From NCBI RefSeq assembly GCF_000011325.1, contig NC_003450.3:60001-92000 (forward strand): a stretch of 32,000 nt of DNA, given 5' to 3'. The notes under the pieces are model-generated. The model worked only from the letters and a program-made list of their open reading frames with translations. It searched no databases and was not told the DNA's origin. The position numbers and the translations under genes were made by a program. Each line of letters starts with the position of its first letter. The stretch's first letter is position 1. This stretch comes from Corynebacterium glutamicum ATCC 13032 (lineage in GTDB: Bacteria; Actinomycetota; Actinomycetes; Mycobacteriales; Mycobacteriaceae). This document shows, in pieces, positions 30,458-32,000 of the stretch.

Positions 30458-30973
30458 CTAGTTAGATCGGTTTTTACGAACCTTGGATGCGCGGTTGGAG
30501 TCGAGCAGTTTCCTGAGCAACGACTCCAATAAATCCTGCTCGATGTCGGTCAGGGTGCCAAACCACTCGGATTCCAAAGCATTTTGGCGGGTGGCTGTTT
30601 TCTGAATGTATGTAGTGCCTTTTTCGCTAAGGCTTAAAACCTTTGAGCGTCGATCATTTTCTGCCGTCACCTGCACAATCAGAGATTCAGCGAGCAATGG
30701 CTTTAACAGGTTAGAAATCGCAGACTTTTTCATTCCAGTCTTGTCAGTCACCTGGAGTGGACTCATCGGGCCATCAGTCCACAGTGAAAAGAGAATTCTA
30801 TAGGACGCCAGACTTAGCCCATCAGGCCGATGAATTGAAGAGTCCGCATCATAGGCCAACAGATGTGCCACCTGATTTAGAGCGACAGAAAGCTGGTGTG
30901 CGTTTTCATTTCCATCCGGTAAAAGCATGTTGAAATGGGAGTCGGCCTGTCGGGGGTGTTCATCTTGAGTCAT
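30458..30973 (-). CDS. ureR: MarR-family transcriptional regulator, divergent from the urease operon
   Basis: 171 aa. Winged-HTH core (LSLASYRILFSLWTDGPMSPLQVTDKTGMKKSAISNLLKPLLAESLI...DRRSKVLSLSEKG). The position upstream of and divergent to ureA matches my recollection of C. glutamicum ureR. Confidence 0.75.
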   Translation of the reverse strand: MTQDEHPRQADSHFNMLLPDGNENAHQLSVALNQVAHLLAYDADSSIHRPDGLSLASYRILFSLWTDGPMSPLQVTDKTGMKKSAISNLLKPLLAESLIVQVTAENDRRSKVLSLSEKGTTYIQKTATRQNALESEWFGTLTDIEQDLLESLLRKLLDSNRASKVRKNRSN

Positions 30974-31144
30974 CGGTGCAAGCTTACGTCAAAATCAATA
31001 AAAGGCCGGTACACGGCGGTTTTATGCTTCATTTTTAAGGGGGTAGATATGCAGATGTAGCGCTACTTTCCTCTCAAAGGAAAGCAGTATATTGTCGGTT
31101 TTTTAGAGGCTCTCCCAAATATTGCGTTGGGGGAGCTAAACTAA

Positions 31145-31164
31145 TTTCTGTTACCTGACAGAAA
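31145..31164. promoter_or_regulatory. AmtR-like operator variant immediately upstream of ureA
   Basis: TTTCTGTtacctgACAGAAA is a perfect 7+6+7 palindrome with the same architecture as the AmtR box, but with CTGT/ACAG cores. It ends 9 nt before the ureA TTG start. Confidence 0.55.
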
Positions 31165-31173
31165 GGGGCAAAA

Positions 31174-31476
31174 TTGCATATCACTCCTCGTGAACAAGAA
31201 AAACTGATGATCGTGGTGGCGGCTGACCTTGCACGTCGCCGTAAAGATCGCGGCCTAAAACTTAACCACCCAGAGGCCGTCGCCCTCATCACGTATGAAC
31301 TGATTGAAGGCGCCCGTGACGGACGCACAGTCGCAGACCTTATGAGCTGGGGAAGCACCATTTTGACTAGGGATGATGTCTTAGAAGGCATCCCAGAGAT
31401 GATCCCTGACATCCAGGTTGAAGCAACGTTTGATGACGGCACCAAGCTCGTCACCGTGCACAATCCCATCCGATAA
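31174..31476 (+). CDS. ureA: Urease gamma subunit
   Basis: [39 protein letters not shown]... is the canonical UreA sequence, 100 aa, TTG start. Confidence 0.95.
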   Translation: MHITPREQEKLMIVVAADLARRRKDRGLKLNHPEAVALITYELIEGARDGRTVADLMSWGSTILTRDDVLEGIPEMIPDIQVEATFDDGTKLVTVHNPIR

Positions 31477-31502
31477 CCCTTGATGTTTTTAGGAGTTTTG
31501 TC

Positions 31503-31991
31503 ATGATCCCAGGCGAGTACATCCTGTCCAGCGAATCACTCACCGGAAATGTTGGGCGCGAGGCCAAAACCATCGAAATCATCAACACCGGTGATAGGCC
31601 TGTGCAGATTGGTTCGCATTTCCACTTCGCTGAAGTAAACCCCAGCATCAGCTTTGATCGCAGTGAAGGTTACGGCTTCCGCCTTGATATTCCATCCGGC
31701 ACCGCGGTGCGCCTCGAGCCAGGCGATGCCCGCACCGTCAACCTTGTTGCCATTGGCGGTGACCGCATTGTTGCAGGTTTCCGAGATCTCGTCGATGGGC
31801 CGTTGGAGGACCTCAAAGTCAACGTGTGGGAGGGACGCGAAGACGGTTGGCGTCGTTCCTCAGCTGCTGGTGATGCTCCACAAGAATTGCCACAGGTCGA
31901 AGCTGCTGAACGTGGCCGGAAACTAGATGACGCCACTGATGTGGACACAAATGTGGGCACAGAAGAAGGCTTTGAAGAAGGTCGAAATTAA
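31503..31991 (+). CDS. ureB: Urease beta subunit (with acidic C-terminal extension)
   Basis: MIPGEYILS...INTGDRPVQIGSHFHFAEVN...RLDIPSGTAVRFEPG-like core. The extra roughly 60-aa Asp/Glu-rich tail is read directly from the ORF. Confidence 0.93.
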   Translation: MIPGEYILSSESLTGNVGREAKTIEIINTGDRPVQIGSHFHFAEVNPSISFDRSEGYGFRLDIPSGTAVRLEPGDARTVNLVAIGGDRIVAGFRDLVDGPLEDLKVNVWEGREDGWRRSSAAGDAPQELPQVEAAERGRKLDDATDVDTNVGTEEGFEEGRN

Positions 31992-32000
31992 ATGAGTTTT
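31992..32000 (+). CDS. ureC: Start of urease alpha subunit (3' truncated by window edge)
   Basis: The ATG at 31992 directly follows the ureB stop (TAAATG). Only 3 codons (MSF) are visible, so the call rests on operon order. Confidence 0.4.

Overview
This window reads as an ordinary core-chromosome segment of a Corynebacterium glutamicum-type actinobacterium. The gene order and several protein sequences match what I recall for the cg0078-cg0115 region of C. glutamicum ATCC 13032. That identification comes from memory and from motifs read in the sequence, not from a database search.

Content from left to right:
- A DUF4956 membrane protein (5' partial) followed by a CotH-like protein.
- A CorA-type transporter, the cis-CaaD-like tautomerase (Cg10062-like) and a divergent ClC-family channel.
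- A PnuC-type riboflavin transporter (ribM/pnuX) preceded by a clear FMN riboswitch and promoter.
- PhoH2 (PIN+PhoH) and a small membrane protein.
- The citrate module: citH, then divergent citA-citB.
- A 2-hydroxyacid dehydrogenase and another small membrane protein.
- The bioB operon, with two BioQ-type operators, a small BsaP-like Cys protein and a CHY zinc-finger protein.
- A complete 16S-23S-5S rRNA operon with tandem terminators.
- The AmtR-controlled creatinine/cytosine module (codA, crnT).
- Two tandem secreted-protein paralogs, one of them decayed.
- A sirtuin, two tandem alpha/beta-hydrolase (lipase-like) paralogs, an uncharacterised protein, ureR, and the start of the urease operon (ureA, ureB, first codons of ureC).

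I see no transposase, integrase, CRISPR array, toxin-antitoxin pair or recognisable defence gene. I do not find convincing evidence of a new multi-gene system.

The least explained items are:
1. A roughly 310-bp repeat-filled module bounded by inverted repeats, which fills the convergent gap at 27245-27557.
2. The DUF4956/CotH pair, with Met/Gly/Asp-rich inserts in the CotH-like protein.
3. A ClC homolog with non-canonical filter motifs next to a dehalogenase-like tautomerase.
4. The bioB-associated small Cys/Zn-finger genes.
5. The uncharacterised protein at 29615-30448.
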